DNA of 64,000 nucleotides from Trichoplax sp. H2 (Eukaryota): NCBI GenBank assembly GCA_003344405.1, contig NOWV01000196.1, positions 62,001 to 126,000 of the forward strand, read 5' to 3'. Shown piece by piece: positions 62,101 to 64,000 of this stretch (position 1 is its first letter; each line of letters starts with the position of its first letter). The notes under the pieces were generated by a model. It saw only the letters and a program-made list of their open reading frames with translations, ran no database searches and was not told where the DNA came from. The position numbers and the translations under genes were made by a program.

Positions 62101-64000
62101 ACTTCCCTGATATACCTTTCGTAATACCGATATCGATTGGAGAGCCTTCACCACCCATTCTCATATTCGAATTGTTAATACAGTAATTTAACTGTATGAT
62201 CAATCTTAATGAAATGTAATACCCGTGGTGATTAGAAAATCATCATCATTCACATTCGAGTAAATATTAAGTTAATTGTATGATCAATCTTAGTATAAAG
62301 TAAGAGTACCGGAGATAATTATTTTAATAGCCAGATGCCTATGTTTATAAGCACATCGCTTGATACGCTTTTCACCTTTATATACGTACGCTTACTATTA
62401 TTATATGATCTGTCATGATCTAAAAATTGAGTGTTGGAGATAGTTGTTACCTGTATTGATTAAAGTTCTTTCCTAATTCATTTTTATAATGCTCATATTG
62501 ATTGAAAAACCTTCTTCACACACATTTTATATTTCTAGGAGTGTTTTAAGTTAACTATTTGAGCAGTTGCAATAACAATACGAGTACTAAATATAATTAT
62601 TACTCTCGCAAACTGAAAAAACACATAAAATTAATTCGTCCAATCTAGGACTGGCTAATATTTCGATTGCAAGACTTAATCTCGATGCGCTCAATACGGT
62701 AATATATAACACGTAAGATCGATGTAAGATCTCAAGAAAATGTATATGAGTATATCATAGATTATAAGTTATCAAAATATCAGTAAATCGTAATCTCTGC
62801 CCTTAATAACAAATATCACAATTGCAATCTATATTAATATTAACGAATATTCTTTTATCATAAGTTTGGACTTTATACTCCAGCTTGACGTTAACATGGG
62901 TTATATAAACTGTATTAAAATCAACAATTAAAAAACTAACAAAAGTATACAGTAATGACACCATATTCTAGCATCCTAATACATAGAATAAGATTAATAA
63001 AAACTAGTATCTAATTCGAACATGGATTATCAGCAATGGTATTTATTTTCATAGCAATATTGATATTTCAAGCGCTATTTGTTAATAATATTAAATATAT
63101 TGTTAAAATGGTGTAACAGGCTAGTCATAGTCGATTTTCGTTTTATCGAATAATCTTGTCGATCAATATCTACATTCTACCAGAACAAGAGTCAAAAATA
63201 AGAATATAATGTCATTAATTCAGCTAGTACGGTTCGTAATATTAATTACAATGTCATTCATGTACGGCACTGAATTCTTTCTAATAAAATTTGAAAGATA
63301 TTGTACCTTATATCAATTATTAATATGGACTAGAAAGAAGCGCAATAGGGGCTATGTAAGCAAGTACTAGGAAATAACTAACATAATAATACTTATTTTA
63401 AATTCTAACATTAAGAAATACTAATTCCAGCTGTAATATTATCTAAAGTGTCAATAGAGATTAGAACAAGAATAATATGAGCTTTAAAAGCGAGCACGAG
63501 AAACAGCTGATATACCAATATTTATTTTAACTTTTACCCTTAAAAGAATTCCAATTCCAGCTATAATGTGATCTGATGCACGTTTTAAATATATCCGTAA
63601 TATGCTAATGAGAAATAGAGCGATTATGCACAGTTATGTAATATTCTATTTTACAAAAAAATTAAGTCTCATATTTACCATTTCACTTCAACACTTCTTT
63701 GCAATTATATAATGATGTAATTCCATTCTTGAATTATTACAGTACTTATAAAACTAAGATCCACATCAACCGTTTCATTTTTAGATTCCTTTGCAATTCT
63801 ATGATGATGTAATACCATCTATGAATCACTACAATACATTACATAAGCTAGATATAAAATTAAATAGTAGATCTTAATCCGGAAATGTCAATATTTAGTA
63901 CAGTATTTGTCTTCATTACAATCGTAAACGAAAATTAAGCGATAGTAACTGCGTATTTTTTCTTATAATGATTATAGTTAGTGTTTGCCATATTCATTTA

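Noticed and set aside
61965..62186. 73-aa plus-strand ORF (…MADDNFKYPYRLNHFPDIPF…)
   Set aside because: No recognisable homology or flanking exons; the 59.3-64 kb region otherwise looks non-coding.

Overview
AT-rich, intron-containing eukaryotic genomic DNA with no prokaryotic features. The compact genes, short GT-AG introns and animal gene set suggest an early-branching animal, most likely a placozoan (Trichoplax-like); this is an inference. I assembled gene models by hand from splice sites and reading frame. Left to right: two tandem FAX/metaxin-like GST-fold genes (-), tRNA-Glu(TTC) (-), ataxin-2 (+), BRE1/RNF20-40 (-), HPS4 (+), UBE2G1 (-), a small repeat/MITE patch at about 42-43 kb, HGH1 (-), NFATC2IP/Rad60-like (+), EIF2B1 (-), GTF2H3 (+), and a single-exon secreted 8-Cys knottin/toxin-like precursor (-). 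Four observations stand out. (1) Dense palindromic (TACAG/CTGTA)n islands mark the 5' end of essentially every housekeeping gene, mostly between divergent pairs. (2) The orphan cysteine-knot prepropeptide has toxin-like architecture and a TATA-type promoter. (3) EIF2B1 and GTF2H3 are head-to-head, as in human. (4) The tRNA gene has a genomically encoded CCA. Most ORFs in the supplied track are exon fragments, antisense shadows or translations of the pentamer repeat.
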